The notes beneath the pieces are model-generated. The model was not told where the DNA came from and did no database searches. It worked only from the letters and a program-made list of their open reading frames with translations. Position numbers and translations under genes: made by a program. Source: Bugula neritina (lineage: Eukaryota > Animalia > Bryozoa). From it: 64,000 nt of DNA. Below are positions 1 to 14,901 of this stretch, in pieces (position 1 is the first letter of the stretch; each line of letters opens with the position of its first letter). The stretch covers positions 8,661,929 to 8,725,928 of the forward strand of contig OZ037769.1 in assembly GCA_964035545.1 (NCBI GenBank). The letters run 5' to 3'.

Positions 1-805
1 GCAAATGCTTCCAAAACTATAATAAAACTAGTTAACGCCTATATTCCAGTATAACATGCTGGTAGGTGGTGCTACGGTTTAGCTTACTAGCACCAATACA
101 GTGTATACACATTATTCTCCTAATATGAGCACAATTAATTACGCATTGCAATCGTATCATTAAGTATTTAAATCACTTATGCAGTTGAAAACTTAATGGT
201 TCCAACCGAGGTTTAATCTTACAAACAACCCCACTGGATTTTTCCACCATGAGAATCATAGGCGATAATTCAATTTCATGTCCTTTACACTAGAATCACA
301 GTTGTATCCTACAAACACTGTTACAATCTCTGGTTTTCTAATAACTTTTCTTAAATAAGTTTGAGATCATCAAACTTATGACCTAAAATCACACAACTTT
401 CATGGGTGGTCTACTGCAGCCGAAATCTAATACACACTAAAGTTTTCTCAACCCCTGAAGTTGATACTAATACAAGAAAATAAGTTTAATAGTTCAGTAC
501 ATGTTGTATTATGCATGCATATAATTATAAACCAAGCCAATTTGTAACCAAAGACTTTATTCATTTGCAATCATCATTAAGCTTAGTTGAGGGAGATAAT
601 TCAGTGTAATGTCTCAGCTGTAGCTTAGTGGTGATTTTCCTTGTGGTTATTAGTTACTTAAAACAGGCAGAAGTGCAGTAAAAGACCATAATTATTTTAT
701 TACCCATACTTCCATGATAGCATGTTGATAATTTATTACTAGCTTTAGTCTATGCTACACTGACTAACATTTAATTTATTGTACTTGTGCATGTGGAAGG
801 TATAA

Positions 806-1000
806 ACCTGTATACACAGTACACACACTATATCTATAGTCAGAAATATACCTGTATACACATACCTATAGTCACAAATATACCTGTATACACATACCTA
901 TAGTCAGAGGTATACCTGTATACACATACCTATAGTCAGAAATATACCTGTATACACATACCCATAGTCACAAATCTACCTGTATGTACTCACACCTATT
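806..1000. repeat. Minisatellite, 32-bp unit (tatacctgtatacacatacctatagtcagaaa), about 5-6 copies
   Basis: cctgtataca recurs with a 32-bp period (851, 883, ...). Confidence 0.9.
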
Positions 1001-2255
1001 ATATAGCCAGAAGTTCTAACATCCTAAATTGGTATCAATAGGCTGTGAGCATGGACTATAATAATTATAACTGGTTGTAGACTAAAATATTCTTGAAAAC
1101 CTAATAATTAATTTTTTCCAAGAACTAAAACACAATTAGTATTTGTCGTAGTCACACAGCTTCCTGCCTAACAACTTATTCAAATATTAAAGTTAAATTA
1201 GTGTTGTATTTGACTACTTAACTATAAAAGCCTTGGTTTTATTGAGCAACATTTCTCTGCTATAATAGAGAAATTGGGTACTAATTTATCATAGGAGCAG
1301 AGTCTATAGCCTTGAAGGTGACCAGCCACCATCTTTATTGTTTGTCTTCAGAATGATGCTTCAGTAATGTTGCCATAGAGATAGAGTGAGAGTGTGGGAA
1401 TGCATTATGGTGCAGGTGAGCAATTAGTCAAGACTGGGGGGTTTGGCAATACAACAACAAGATTATTGCCCATTTATTTTAGTCTTAGGCATCGGAATAA
1501 GCTGAAGTCTAGACAATAGTCTCAAAACTAGCTAGTTTAAATTGAATTAACCCTGTTAGTAATTCTGCTCAAATATTATTACCTAAATTATAGTGCACTA
1601 ACAAAACAATCTACAGCACTGCTCAAATGCTTTTAATACTTGTGTAAAAGATTTGAAAAGGTAAGTAATGTAAGAAATGAGCAGTGGTCAACATTGCAAC
1701 AGATGCACAGTTCTTAAGCCGTAGTAAATATCAATTTGAGTTCTATTACTAAATAATAATTAATAAGAAACTGGCGTAAGTAATGGCAAATTTTTTTCTG
1801 CCGTAGTATTGCTTAGAATCTTATCAGCTCTCAACTGCTATATTAATAAAAGTCCAATTCAGTTGCTGTCCGATTACATGGTGAAGTTACTCATATGAGA
1901 ATTTGAATGCAGCTATTCTCTCAATTTTACCCTGGCATCTTAGGTTACTCGAACTCCTTGATTTATGCAATCCTAAGACAACTTTAGTTAGATAAATTAC
2001 GTATGGTGGTGAGCTGCTTGTAGTTTTAATGTTATTGCATATTTCCGTTACTTACAAAGTAATAGTTATATAATAATATCATTATTCAAACTACGTAGTG
2101 GGGTTATATGGTTAAGGTAAATTAACTTACATTGATGGGGGATTTATAGCCCTACTTGCAAAGTGTTTTATGATAGCTGTAGATATTGATTGGGCAGAAA
2201 AAAGGCTGTTTAACGAGTTGCTAAAGTTCTTGCACCCTTCAGACCTGAGTGAACT

Positions 2256-2512
2256 CTGGTAGTAGGTAAAGTATTACCACCTTGGTAGTAGGTAAAGTAT
2301 TACCACCTTGGTAGTAGGTAAAGTATTACCACCTTGGTAGTAGGTAAAGTATTAGCACCTTGGTAGAAGGTAAAGTGTTGGCACCCTGGTAGTAGGTAAA
2401 GTGTTAGCACCCTGGCAGTAGGTAAAGTATTACCACCCTGGCAGTAGGTAAAGTATTACCACCCTGGTAGTAGGTAAAGTATTACCACCCTGGTAGTAGG
2501 TAAAGTGTTAGC
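2256..2512. repeat. Minisatellite, 26-bp unit (tggtagtaggtaaagtattaccaccc/t), about 10 copies
   Basis: Head-to-tail copies every 26 bp, no spacers. Confidence 0.95.
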
Positions 2513-3156
2513 AGTGGAAAAGAACTGAGCCCTGCATTCAGTGCAAATACAATGTACTCAATTCAATGTGCAGAAGTTTATTCGTAATACAAGTTAGTGA
2601 CAATTAGCTGTCCCATTGTCCCTCTCAGTAATGTAAGCATGGCTTCCCAAAAAGTATTCTGCAGAATTATAGACTTTACAACAGATGATGTTTGTTGTCA
2701 TAAACCTAATTGTGTATTGTGACCTTGTCATATTGAGACAAATCTTTTAGAAATGAGTGAATTAAAAACCTGAAATATTGTATTGGAGAACTTTAAAAAT
2801 AAGAAATCAATAATGACAGTATTGTCTTATGAAACTGTGAATACATTGACTTTGCCACATAACTGTAATACTTCAAGATGCCTTTATTATGTGAATTACT
2901 GCTATATTAATACTTGATCTGCACAATTACAAGAGCTGTTACATTTGTATGTTCATAAAAACTGCTCAGGACTGAGCTGGTATACACCGAAACTAACAGC
3001 AAAGTATGAGCAGAAGAAACACTCCTAGTGTTTGCACAGCACAGGGAATTAGTCTCATGTTTATAGCACAGTTTGAGTGGTATTAGTTTACACTACTGAT
3101 CATCACATGCAAAGTGTATATCAGTCACTAGTCCATCCTTATAGTTATAGACTTAC

Positions 3157-4115
3157 CTTTGCTCAGGGTACAGCTCTGGTTTACTATTCCCTTCTCCCTG
3201 GGAATTCTCCTTGGACTCCTGGTCCATATTTCCTGTTGGGTGTGTGGTCTCTGGGTGTTCTGGGATGTCAGAGTCTGAATTCATTCTTAGTGAGTTGTAT
3301 GGATCCACATACACAGCCTTAGCTACTTGTAGAGAGGCTCTTCGCTCTTGGGGTGGCTGTATATAAGACCCTCCTCCGATGGCGTCAGGTTGTGTGAATT
3401 GGTGGCTTGGAGTGTTGTAACAGTCACTCACAGCGTAAACTAAATTATGTTCTGTTTTATAATTATTAACTATGTGGGTATTAGCAGTGTTGTGGTGAGG
3501 TATGTTGCTATTAGTCGGATGACTGCACGTGCGTGTATATGCTGGTTTGTAATAACACGGCTTATTAGCCAGTTGTACAGCCGATTGCTGATGAGACAAT
3601 GACCTCTTACCTCTCCGCTCTGCAGACCGCAATGCAAATGCCTGCTGCTGAACCTGCTCCTTGTACAGTTCACTCTGTTGCTGTGAGTGATGTCCTGTTT
3701 GAATAGGGTAGTAGTTTCGGTTACGAGGAATGTGAATGGTTACTTTAGGATGCTTATCTCTATTCTTGACTGGTAAAGGGGGAGGCTTGTCAGCCCTGAT
3801 TGGTTGCTCAATTGGACAAATGTAACTACCATCTGGCTGAGGATAACTTCTAAGCATTCTTGCTACAACCTGTTTCTGGTTGCCAGAGTTTGACTTTGGA
3901 ACTAGTCGAGGACTGCAAGGCACTGCTGAGGTTTTCTCAACATATCCGCTCTGTGACACATCAAATGAGTGGTGGTCACGTCTGTATCTCGGTAGACTTT
4001 TTGTTGACTGGCTGTAGAAAGACTCCATGTCTATATCCAAGTGATATCCCTCGAATGGGGGTTTGTCGGCTTTAGTAAGAGAAGCGCCTTCAACGTAATC
4101 AGCGTGTGAAGTTAC
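3157..4115 (-). CDS. Large internal coding exon (low-complexity, P/Q/S/H-rich) of the minus-strand host gene, probably the ITPRID/SSFA2-like gene
   Basis: tgtag|GTA acceptor at 4115 is in frame with ORF 3153-4040; AG|gtaagt donor at 3157; 959 nt open. Linkage to the upstream exons is inferred from strand and phase 0 compatibility. Confidence 0.75.
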
Positions 4116-4804
4116 CTACAATACAATAATACATGCTTGTCACTCAAGAGTTCAGTAAGCTCTAAATCAAATAGATAAGGAGCTGCACTGATTTTTTGAC
4201 AAAAATACTAAATACTCTAGAGCCAGCTCAAACAGAATGTGTTTTAAGGTATTTACTTTGCTGTAGTACAATCTACACTATGCCATAACAATAGTTAATG
4301 ACTTTATACTGAAGTTAGGAAGTTTTCTCCTTTCTCAAATCAGCTATGCATGTGGGATGATAACTCTTGAATATAAAATAGGTAGTTAGAAGCTTATATA
4401 CATGCACTTTAGGGGAGATAATATGTAGGTATATTATATATCTATAAATCATGTCTATTTTTATGTATGTTATTGAATAGCAAATAATAATTAAATATTT
4501 GCTTATAGTGTGATTTTAAACACTTTTGAATACTGGTACATAATACATATTAATCATACGACTTGAGTATTTTATTTTATAAGTGTAATATGACTAGCAT
4601 TATCTAAGATCACTTCAATTATGAGATAATGATAATCATAATGGCAGAGTATTTCAAATAACGTCTATGTGTGATAGCAGACAAAATGTGATCAGCGACA
4701 TAATTATTTGCTGAAAGCAAGACTTAATTATGAATTTTTAATTGAGACATTTGGGCATATAAAACTAATAGTAATAACTATAGGTACTAATAAATGATAG
4801 TTTT

Positions 4805-4955
4805 ACAGTTACCAGTTATAACAGTTACTAGTTAGTATAGTTACTAGTTAGTATAGTTAATAGTAATTATAGTTAATAATTAGTATAGTTATTCTATAGT
4901 TAGTATAGTTACTAGTTAGTGTAGTTGCTAGTTAGTATAGTTACTAGTTACTAGT
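4805..4955. repeat. Degenerate ~16-bp tandem repeat (agttactagttagtat)
   Basis: Visible periodic agttactag/ttagtatag units. Confidence 0.75.
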
Positions 4956-5386
4956 CATCAAATTCAATAATAATTATTGGCCTGAATAGGTTATTTTGCA
5001 AATAGTTATTATTTATCACCAATTTCAATATAAAAGTATCTGATGATAATAATAATAATATAATAAGACCAGTAGGAGAAATATTTGTAAAATGCATTCT
5101 CCTTGCATCCTGGTTGTAGCCTCCACAATTTCATTATACATCATTGCATTTGGTTGTAAGGCATGCACGGAATAGCACCAAGATTTGGTACAACAGATTT
5201 CATTTAATTCAAATAACCTCAAAACAACAGTGCACAAAAGATAACTAAAAATTAATTATTTCTCAGACTTACAGGCTTTTTATGATTATTATAATTGTTA
5301 TAGCTTCTAAAGACTATAATATATATTATATATAATTCGACTATGTTGTGATATACAGTGATTGCATGGAGGCAATATGCTTTTGC

Positions 5387-5440
5387 CAGGAGTACTGGAG
5401 TACCAGGAGTATTGGAGTACTGGAGTACATGGAGTACTGG
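5387..5440. repeat. Short 9-bp tandem repeat (ggagtactg)n
   Basis: About five ggagtac/t units in a row. Confidence 0.7.
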
Positions 5441-5907
5441 CTTTTAAACCACTTGCGTTTGACGCAGATGGCGAATTGATTTGGTTCTTTACTGGCCGAA
5501 CAATTAGCAAAGTATATCTTCATGTATTAAACTCTAGCTGGAAGGAATCTTTGCTACCAGTTTAGCGTGTCACTCATTGCTTTACAGTAAGATACATACA
5601 ATAACTGCTCATGGTTGCATAAAAGTGCATCTCATAAACAATAAATAAAAAATTGTGAAGGAAGGATAAAATCAGCTGTTATACTAAACTCAACTATTTT
5701 ATATGCTATCTGAGGAGATCAATGATATGTAAATGCTGAAAAAATACATAAAATATCATATACCTGCTATTAATACTACAGAAGATCTGATCATTTACTA
5801 CTTTAGTACCATTATAGTAGTTGGTTTGTTACAACAGTAAATAGTAATTTAACTACCATAGCAATGCACAGCTTAAAGCTTCTTCAAACAGTTTTCAAAT
5901 AGTATGT

Positions 5908-5963
5908 TTAAAGAATCCCTGACATACTTCTTTTATGCAGTACTAAAATATTCTTATATATGT
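5908..5963 (+). mobile_element. Solo terminus of the same TTAA-flanked (Kolobok-like) family as 16245-16801
   Basis: ttaa|agaatccctgacatacttc...tatgcagtactaaaatattcttatatatgt matches the end of the 16.2-kb hairpin element. Confidence 0.7.
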
Positions 5964-7879
5964 TTAAGATAAATCTATTCAGCATACACTGTGGAGTAGT
6001 AGATAGCAAGACAAACTTACTCTCAGTCACCACTGTAGGCACAGAGTTGTATGATAAGCAAATACAGACTGTACAGTAGAAGCATCCTCCACAGATAAGT
6101 GCCAATGTTATATAAAACTAGTTGAAAGTATGCAAGCTGTTGACAATCATTCCATTCAGTTTAAACATTCTATAGAAGGTATTGATCTTGTCTGTGTTTG
6201 TGTACATTATTAATGCAAGAAGGTAAATTGCTCTTTTATCAAAATACACTAGTAGATGATTGGTTCAGCCAATAGCAATACAATACATACAACTATTGTG
6301 ACTTATAGAATGTCTCTACAGTATATTATACTTATACAGTTACATCACACGCTACACTACGTTAGCTTCAAACTTTTAATTCATCACCTATTAAAATTGT
6401 TTTATATAAACTAATAGTTTTAGGTGTTGCATTATTAGCCAAGACTCAATGAGTTAAAACCATTGGAGTGTATATAGGAGTCTGCAGTGGCTATTAGATC
6501 TCATTAATTTGTTGGACAGTTTAAAATAATCCTTGCAGTTTTATCCTATCTGTAACTTTATCTACCACTACTCAAGAGATTATTGCATTACATAAAGATA
6601 TAACCGACTACAAATTCAACTCCCTGGTTTATTAGTTGAAATAACTGTAAAAGTAGATATTGCCTTCACATACATGTTGAAATTGGAACATCACTGAACG
6701 CAGCACCATGTTGGGGTGATTTAGCACAGTATCCGTTTACATGGCTGTTAAAAACTCTAAACCCCCAACTCTTGGCCCTCCCTCCAATCAATGCACTCAG
6801 TGACCACCAGCTCAGTGCTGCTTCAAGCTATTTTTTTGAAATTACAGTAAACTAACAAAACCTTTTAGACTGGGAACCAAAACTAGTTGGTGCAGTTTCA
6901 AAGATGTTTCTAGGAAACTTATAGTTTTACATGGTAAACTCTAACTCTATGCTCCTTATAATAATACATTAGGTTAATTTAAAGTCAAAAATAGGTGCAA
7001 AATAGCTGTATTCAACAAAAAATATAACAATTAAATCATTGCTTTTGATATTCAAAATACCAACTATTTGCTCATGTACAGATTTTCTAAATTGACTCTG
7101 ATTTCTTGTAGGTTTTGGCTTGTAAGAGAGAAGAATACTAACTAAAACTGCAGTTCTGTTACAGGCATTATGGTGAATGAGCAGGTGGCACTTGTATTGC
7201 ATGCTTAATAATGCGCTTTGTTTAGATCAATAGGTCATAATTCACCTTGAAAACCTTGCTAATAGACCAATTCAATGGCTAAATAGAATAAAACTCTTTC
7301 ATCATTCATCCATTCATTCCTATTTATTTTCATCAAAACTGATGTTTCAAATAACCTTTACAAATATTATAACTTACATAAAACTAATAAGTACCTAGTT
7401 TTGGTGCACCACCAGTGTCCTTTCTAATAAAATGCCTATTGCAATTTATTAGGTAGTATGATTAACATATATATTTGCTGATAATAAATTTAGATTCACA
7501 TTTAGAAACTGAACTGAACTATCAGTGTTGCAGCCTACACTATCATGGGACAAGTGAAGAAGTGAAGGGTACCCATGGCCTTCTATAATAGTTACTATGA
7601 GATCCTAAGTAGCAAATATTACAGCATAGGTAATTAATCAGATTAAGTAGCTTTACGTTGAAGTTTCCTGCAAATGTGACTCAACAATTTACTGCTTGAG
7701 AAGAGTTAAGTTAACAATTATTTGACTTTTTCAATGATTTATTATATTATGGGATATTTGTAGTAGGCCTCCCGTTGCTCAGGTATTTTGAAGTATTTTA
7801 TCATTTCATAGTAGAATTTATGTAATAAGTCTTAGCTAATATAGTATTAGCATTGAAATCTTGTGCTTCCACAATATAT

Positions 7880-8020
7880 AACTACAGTAATGTTAGAGCT
7901 TACACAGTATACTACAGTAATGTTAGAGCTTACACAGTATACTACAGTATTGTTAGAGCTTACACAGTATACTACAGTATTGTTAGAGCTTACACAGTAT
8001 ACTACAGTATATTGTTAGAG
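7880..8020. repeat. Minisatellite, 30-bp unit (actacagtaatgttagagcttacacagtat), about 4.5 copies
   Basis: Exact 30-bp period; explains the repetitive ORF 7853-8035. Confidence 0.95.
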
Positions 8021-11000
8021 TTTAAACCAGCATAGACGTGTCAGTCAGATATATGTTCTTCCCCCACAGCCTGGCCCTTAACATAAGATAATTGAAAGAA
8101 CATTCGGTTTTAAAGTAAACATTAGTTCAGCAATTTCAAATTAATTCATAGTTTAATGAATGTTAAAAATGTAAAAATGATATTGGTAGCTGAGTTATAT
8201 TGAATAAATATGTATTTTTCACAATGAATTTTATGAATTACAATAAACTGAGCAAAATTCATCTTCAACTAGAAATTGCTTACTTTGCTCTAATAAATCT
8301 TGCACACTATTGGCTAAATTTCTGTAGCTCAGGTTCAGTGTTTATATTTTAGCCAAAAAGACTACAAACATCAACCCCTATATGCTGACTTTAGGGCTGT
8401 GTTGGCAGCAAGAACCAGCTGCCCACACAGTTGCTATAGGTGAGAAATAAACATGTGTACAACAGTAACTTCTTTTGTTCAATTCTCTCAATATTTATTA
8501 CACAACTTAGATTATGATCACTAATTTCTATGTGTTAGTATAGGTCAGTGAGTACAGCCTTCTTAACCTAGATGTTGTTGTATTTGTTATTTTATTGTTA
8601 TATGAATATTCAAATTGTATTTATAAGAGGTATTGAAAAGAGCGAAAATATTTTGGTATCTGCCTATAGTTGGAGTTTAGTTTGCTTAAAGTATTTTATT
8701 AAAAGCTTCCAAAATCAACATTTGGGTTCATTGTCAACACAAATAAAGTTTAAAGTTCATTTATGTAGTTTGTGGTTAGAATTACTTACATTTATTTGCA
8801 CAGATGCTATAGAACTGAAGCTAGGAGTCTTTGACCATTTTAGGTGTAGATGTGAGAAATTTTAGGTGAACATTTAGTACAGACAGACTCAGCAATGATA
8901 AGATGGAGAGTTGCACCAGCTCTAGTAAATGTAACTTTGTGTCATCTTTGGACTATAAATAAGATTATTTACTTTGTTTATAAGCAGCTTGTTACTGGGA
9001 AAAATATGAATTGTTGCAAATAAACCAAAGCATCATTTCAGTACAACTATATGTCAATGTTTTCAATTCCTTCTTATTTAATCAAAAAATAGTGCATTGA
9101 GCAACAGAAAGAAAAGTTTTCTTTTCAGAATAAACTGCTTCATACACTTAGAACAAAAAACGTTTGCAGTATCAGCCTTTTCTTGCCAGTTTAAGTGCGT
9201 TTTCTATTGTTTCAGTCTAACCTGATGCCAACTATATCCTCATTAGTATTTACAAAGAAAATACAATATGAATGCAAAATTTGACTTTTGAAAACTGCAA
9301 TGCTATGGCTTCCACACTAACCCCGACAGCCAGTGTAAACAGTGAATTTCCCGATTACAGTAAAGGACGCGTAAGCTTTAACTTGAAAAGTTTCAAAGAA
9401 ATTGTGAGCAGCTTTATAAAATAAGTATTTCTTTGATAAGCTAAGAGCATTGGCAAATTGTAATAATTCTACATATTTTACAGCAGCAAAATATTTTGCT
9501 GGTATTATGTTGACTGTAATATGATATAATGTGTAGATCAAGCAGTGCATGGAATAGAGCTGATGCTTGTTAATGTAGCCAGTAACTATACTAAGCTGGT
9601 AATAAGGAGAATAGCAACAACTTTGGTCATTACATTTATCTACAGTTATATTATATACACACAGACTCTCAATATTATAACTCAATATTAAGTGATACTA
9701 ATTAGCAATTAGCGTCTGTAGCAGGTTGATAAATATGTGCTCATGAGCCCGACTTTACATCATAACATAATCATAAATGACTAATGAACACAGTAAAGTA
9801 GCTAGATTTAGCTATAGTTGAAATTTACAAAAGAATATTTTAGCTTTAGAGTATCTATATCAATTACTCATAGCTATAATGCTGGAAATAAATAGCAACA
9901 ATTACAAATCCATCAAGCAAACTAAATTTAGACATAAATAACTTATATTTACAAATTCGGAATAGGTTAGTAAAATGATAATCAAGGCCGTACTATAATG
10001 TTTCTAAAACTCTAACTCATAGATGAAATACTACTTCATATAACACTACTACAAACTCTGTTTATTTGTCATTAAAATGACATTATAATAATGGTAATGT
10101 TGTACAACATGTGAAATGTTACAAGAATCAACTGGCTCCTCTATTATCATAAAAGTACATACAGGTTTTTGAGGTGGTGCAGGTTTTTTGTCAGCTCTAT
10201 AGTTGTATGTGAGAATTTTATGCATAGCCTAAGTAGAGCTTTAATATGCTGCAACTCCAACTGTGCAAACACCACATGAGTTGAGCAATCAAAAGGTTTA
10301 TGATACAAATATTCTGCAGTTAGCAAATTAACTTCATATATACAGTGAGACATTCTGTGACAAACATAGTTATTAAAACCAGATGTCATAAAAAGCAGAA
10401 TTTCTAAAGAAACACATCTGGAAGAAACCATTTTGTGTACACGAACAAGTAAAAAACATTTTACTCAGCACTGGTAGCGAAAAGTGTTTGTTTTGTACAT
10501 AAATAAATAATGCCAAGTTTCTCAGCTAATCAGAGCATATACTGGCTTTATTTAAACAAAAGGTAATGAGTAATGACATAGCAGCTCTAGTTGTGAGGGT
10601 TAAAGCATGAGCTTCTCTTCTAAAGTACAAAAAATAAAAATATTTTATACAAAATTTACTAATAAAACACTGAATTGCAACCTTAAAGAAAATAGTAACT
10701 TACCAAACCCAGTAAATAGTATATGCTAAGATATATATCATCCTTAGAGTGCTATCCTGTCCTAGAACACTAGTGTGATAGCTATAACCACATACTGTTA
10801 TGTGAGTGCATGTGTAATAATATACTCATTATGGATTAACTAACTGCCAATGAGCTGCGTTCACTACAATGTTGTTACCCATTGAGCTTTGCTCTACGCA
10901 TACATTATTTCACAGTGCAAACATGCTTTAGGCCAAGGGTAAACATCAACAGCTATTGTTGCTGTAAAGTATAGAGACTTTGAGCTTGCTGCTAAAAGTG

Positions 11001-11099
11001 CTGCCAAAACAAATTCCATTATTTATTCTATTTTATTTATTTCATCATTCACCTTTAATTTAGATGTTTGCTTGTTTAGCACTTTCACTGGAGCCACTG

Positions 11100-11410
11100 T
11101 CAGTTTACTACTACTAATAATACTACAAACATATACTGCCTCTGCTAATCTATTACTACTAACACCATTACTATAAACACTATTATTAACACTTATACTA
11201 CCAGCACTACTATACTTCTACTGACACCACTATTACATCTACTAAATTCCAAAACTACTACCAACACCGCTGCTACTTACACTACTACTATAGCTACAGT
11301 ATTACTGATAAGCTACTGCTAGCAGTGCTACTACTACTAACACTACTACTGGTACTATACTACTACTAGTCTATAACTATTTACTACTAAAACTGCTACT
11401 ACTAACAACG
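11100..11410. repeat. Degenerate (ACT)n low-complexity tract
   Basis: actactact/actgct runs. Confidence 0.7.
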
Positions 11411-14400
11411 TTAACAAATTTACATGCATGCATTACAATTACTGCAAACAGTGCTAGTATTTAAACAGTAATACTATTGCAAATAAAAAAATATTGTTGT
11501 TTTTATGACTTCTACTAAAACTGTAATATCCACCAAGCATGTACTGTATGAACCTACACAATTTGCTCTAGTGATATTTATATTACATCAATGCTGTAAT
11601 TTCTGATCCAACTGCTACTGTTGCTATTACAAACTGTTTAGGGTTGGGGGGCTGTACTGAAAATATGTTACAAAATTTGTTCTAATTACTCACTTACACC
11701 TAATCATTTTAGAATTAACATTATTACTTTTTATTTTCAAGATTTTATTACAGATACCATTACTTGTCTGCAAGGCAGTGTCATTACTATTACCATTACC
11801 ACCATCATTATCATTACTGCTATATCATTATCATTATACCAACACACTCGACCATCAAACCGACAATGTATTAAACCAGAATATGTTTATGTAGATATTC
11901 CCTAAGATGGAGATTACATTCTTATACCCATCAATTTTCTTATTTTTATATCAGTTTTATTAGAACATTAGCATTATTTTGGTTAGATCTCATAATTTTC
12001 ATAATTATTAGAGTTGAAACAACTACCCTAACCTTCACGTAATGTAATAATTATTAGCAATACTATTATTATTACTTGAAGCAAGCCGAATGCAGGTGCT
12101 ACCTTGGACTTTATATATAGATTGTTGCAAAGTGAGTTAAAAAGACAGGAAATTATTGCTGAATTAAATATACTTGTAAAGGTGCAATTTTACCTTACTT
12201 TTTATCGTTACCTTCTATATAGTGCAAAAACCACACATGTCCTGTATATATATTATGTATAACTACATGCTATAATATTATTGCTGCTTATATATTTTAG
12301 TGACACATTTTGCTAATGCTAATTTCTCATTATCTCATTGTCATTACAAATTGATAATTGATTATTAATGCTATAATAATAAACACAATGATAGCCTTAA
12401 GTCTGCTAATTCCTTGTAGCTTTTAAAGCCTTTTAATAGTCATTATAACTGTTATTTCAATAAAAAAAGTTTTAAAAAATGTTATGTTCAGCAATGGAAA
12501 ACATTAATTAAAAAAGCAATTTTTTAATTCTTTTAAACTTTTTAAAAATAAAATCATTCAGGTATAAAACATTAATAACAAAACAGTTTTCAATAACAGC
12601 TATTATACTATAGCTGTCATATTTACTGCACAATCAGTATTCTGCAGCACAATATAGCACACTGTTTCTCATTTAGATAAACCACTTGAAACTACAATCT
12701 ATGGTAAACAATATCCATCATGCACCCACAGTGTGTTTACATAGCTACATGCAGGTATATTTTACCTGTATTTAAATTCAACGTATATTTATGTTTTATA
12801 TCTTAAACTATACATTTTGTCATGCAGAGTTTGTTTTATATACTATGGAATATCTTAATAATTAGAGTTCAAAGTCATACAACCCACTTAAATAATATAG
12901 TGATTCTAATAGCTGAGATAGAGTGGACTCAACATTCTGTTCCTCATATCTCAACTCCAGACTAGCGTTTCGAGTTGCCTTTGCTGTGTATAGGAAGTAT
13001 TTCAGTTAATTTAGTGCACCTGTACTCACAGATTTCTTATTATATTATTTTTTATTATAGCAATTGAGATTTATATTATATTTACTATAATAGTCTTTTT
13101 GATTTCAAATATCTAATAATATGAATGTTTTTCAGATATTAAGGATGTATTTTGTCACTATTGAAAGATCACAATAGCTTACTCATAGATTTACCATTGA
13201 TATAAAACATTATCTAGCTTTATAGTTTATTTGTTGAAGAGCTATTTGTGAGAACACATTAGAAAGGGCTTACAACTCTGAAAATAAGTCTCGCAACTGC
13301 TAATCGGGAGAACACAACTGCTCATATAGCTATCTTCTGCTGAATGATGGCCAATTATTAAAAAAACAGAAGAGAAGACAGAAGTTAGATAGATTCCAAT
13401 GTTGAGATAATATATCATATATTCATGGCATCAAATGTACAAACCATGAGTGATATGATGACACTAGGAAGGAACCACAGGCTAATATCTGTAAATATGA
13501 GAAAACTGAGACCTCAATAGTAATTGGTTATAACTGAGGGGAGGGTGAAGATGTCAAAAAATAAATGAACTTGACCAAAAAAGAGGTGGAGAACTGCTAC
13601 CACCGTCCAACTGTAAAGGTATGATCAGAACTGAATTGTTGGTAGTAGAGAACGGCTGATGGGCAAGAGGGGTGACCAGGAAGCAAACGGGCTATGACTG
13701 GTGTATGAGGTATGGGAGGCAAAGAATAATCAAAATAATATCTCTTACACAGTTTTACTAGTTTCTGCAAATTGTGGTAGTTGTTATATGTGAAAATATT
13801 TGAATTATGACTAAAAGTGAGATGTAGGTATTAACATATTCAGCTGTGAACACTAGGTTGAAGGCTGATATTATGTTATGGCAGTAACAATTTTTTTCAT
13901 GGTATTATAAATATAAAAACATGGCTTTTTTAAATCAGTATCAGCTTCAATGTTTATTAAGGGTAATTGTCAATTTAGTTTAATAATGTTTGCCCCATTC
14001 AAACTCATAATAATAGAGTTAAAATAATAGGATAAAGGATTTTCACAACTATAAAACATATAGTCAGGAAGAACTGCTTTGGACTATAATGTTATAGCTT
14101 TTTATATTACTTTATTTAGCCATGAACAGGGTTTACATATTCTTATATCTATCAACTGAAATGCAATTATTCAGCATATTAACTGTGTTCAATTTCATGT
14201 GTATTGCATGGTATAAACTGGCTGATTTCAATGAAAGATTTTTCCCAGCATGAAAACCATTCTGATTACAGGAACCTTATAAAAGATTTAAATTAGTATC
14301 CTATTTTTGTTTAAATTTATGCTGGTGTTTTAGAAAGTGGCCTGATTGAATACAATAGAGTATACAGTTACAGTATTGAGAGGGTTCGTGTGATTATTAT

Positions 14401-14730
14401 TATGTGTGAGTGTATACAACATGTGTAACAATGTTACATTTATATATTAAATGCTCTGATGTGCATCATATGTATTAAAAATTGTACGTATTGCACCACT
14501 ATATAAAATATAAGTTTATATAGTGCCGTTCTCGAGATGTGTTTAAACGAAAGCCCATGCATCTGTGACTTTCTCATTATCATTTATAACTGTTATACAG
14601 TATTTTGTTCATTAAATAATTCAACAGTCTGCACTTGGTTGGATTTTTACAAAATACAATCCTTAAAATAAGGTTATGAACTTACAAATGGTATAGTGCG
14701 AGAATGTAAATCATTATTATTAGTACTTAC

Positions 14731-14901
14731 CTCATTTGTTTCTAGGGTAGCTCGGGTGCTATTGGTTTCAATTCTATCTGCTACAGAAGTATCACTGGTT
14801 TCCATGGCAACTTCAGAGACAGTATCAACTTTTTCACTTTCACTCTCAAGACTGTCATTCTTGTCAACAGTCTGATGATCATTATTTATATCAAGCAGTT
14901 C
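14731..14901 (-). CDS. Acidic 57-codon internal exon of the host gene (ELLDINNDHQTVDKNDSLESES...TLETNE)
   Basis: ctgtag| acceptor, GAG|gtaagt donor, 171 nt, open in phase 0/0; too short for the ORF track. Confidence 0.7.

Noticed and set aside
2256-2512. CRISPR-like array of palindromic repeats
   Set aside because: Units are contiguous with no unique spacers; eukaryotic context, no cas genes.
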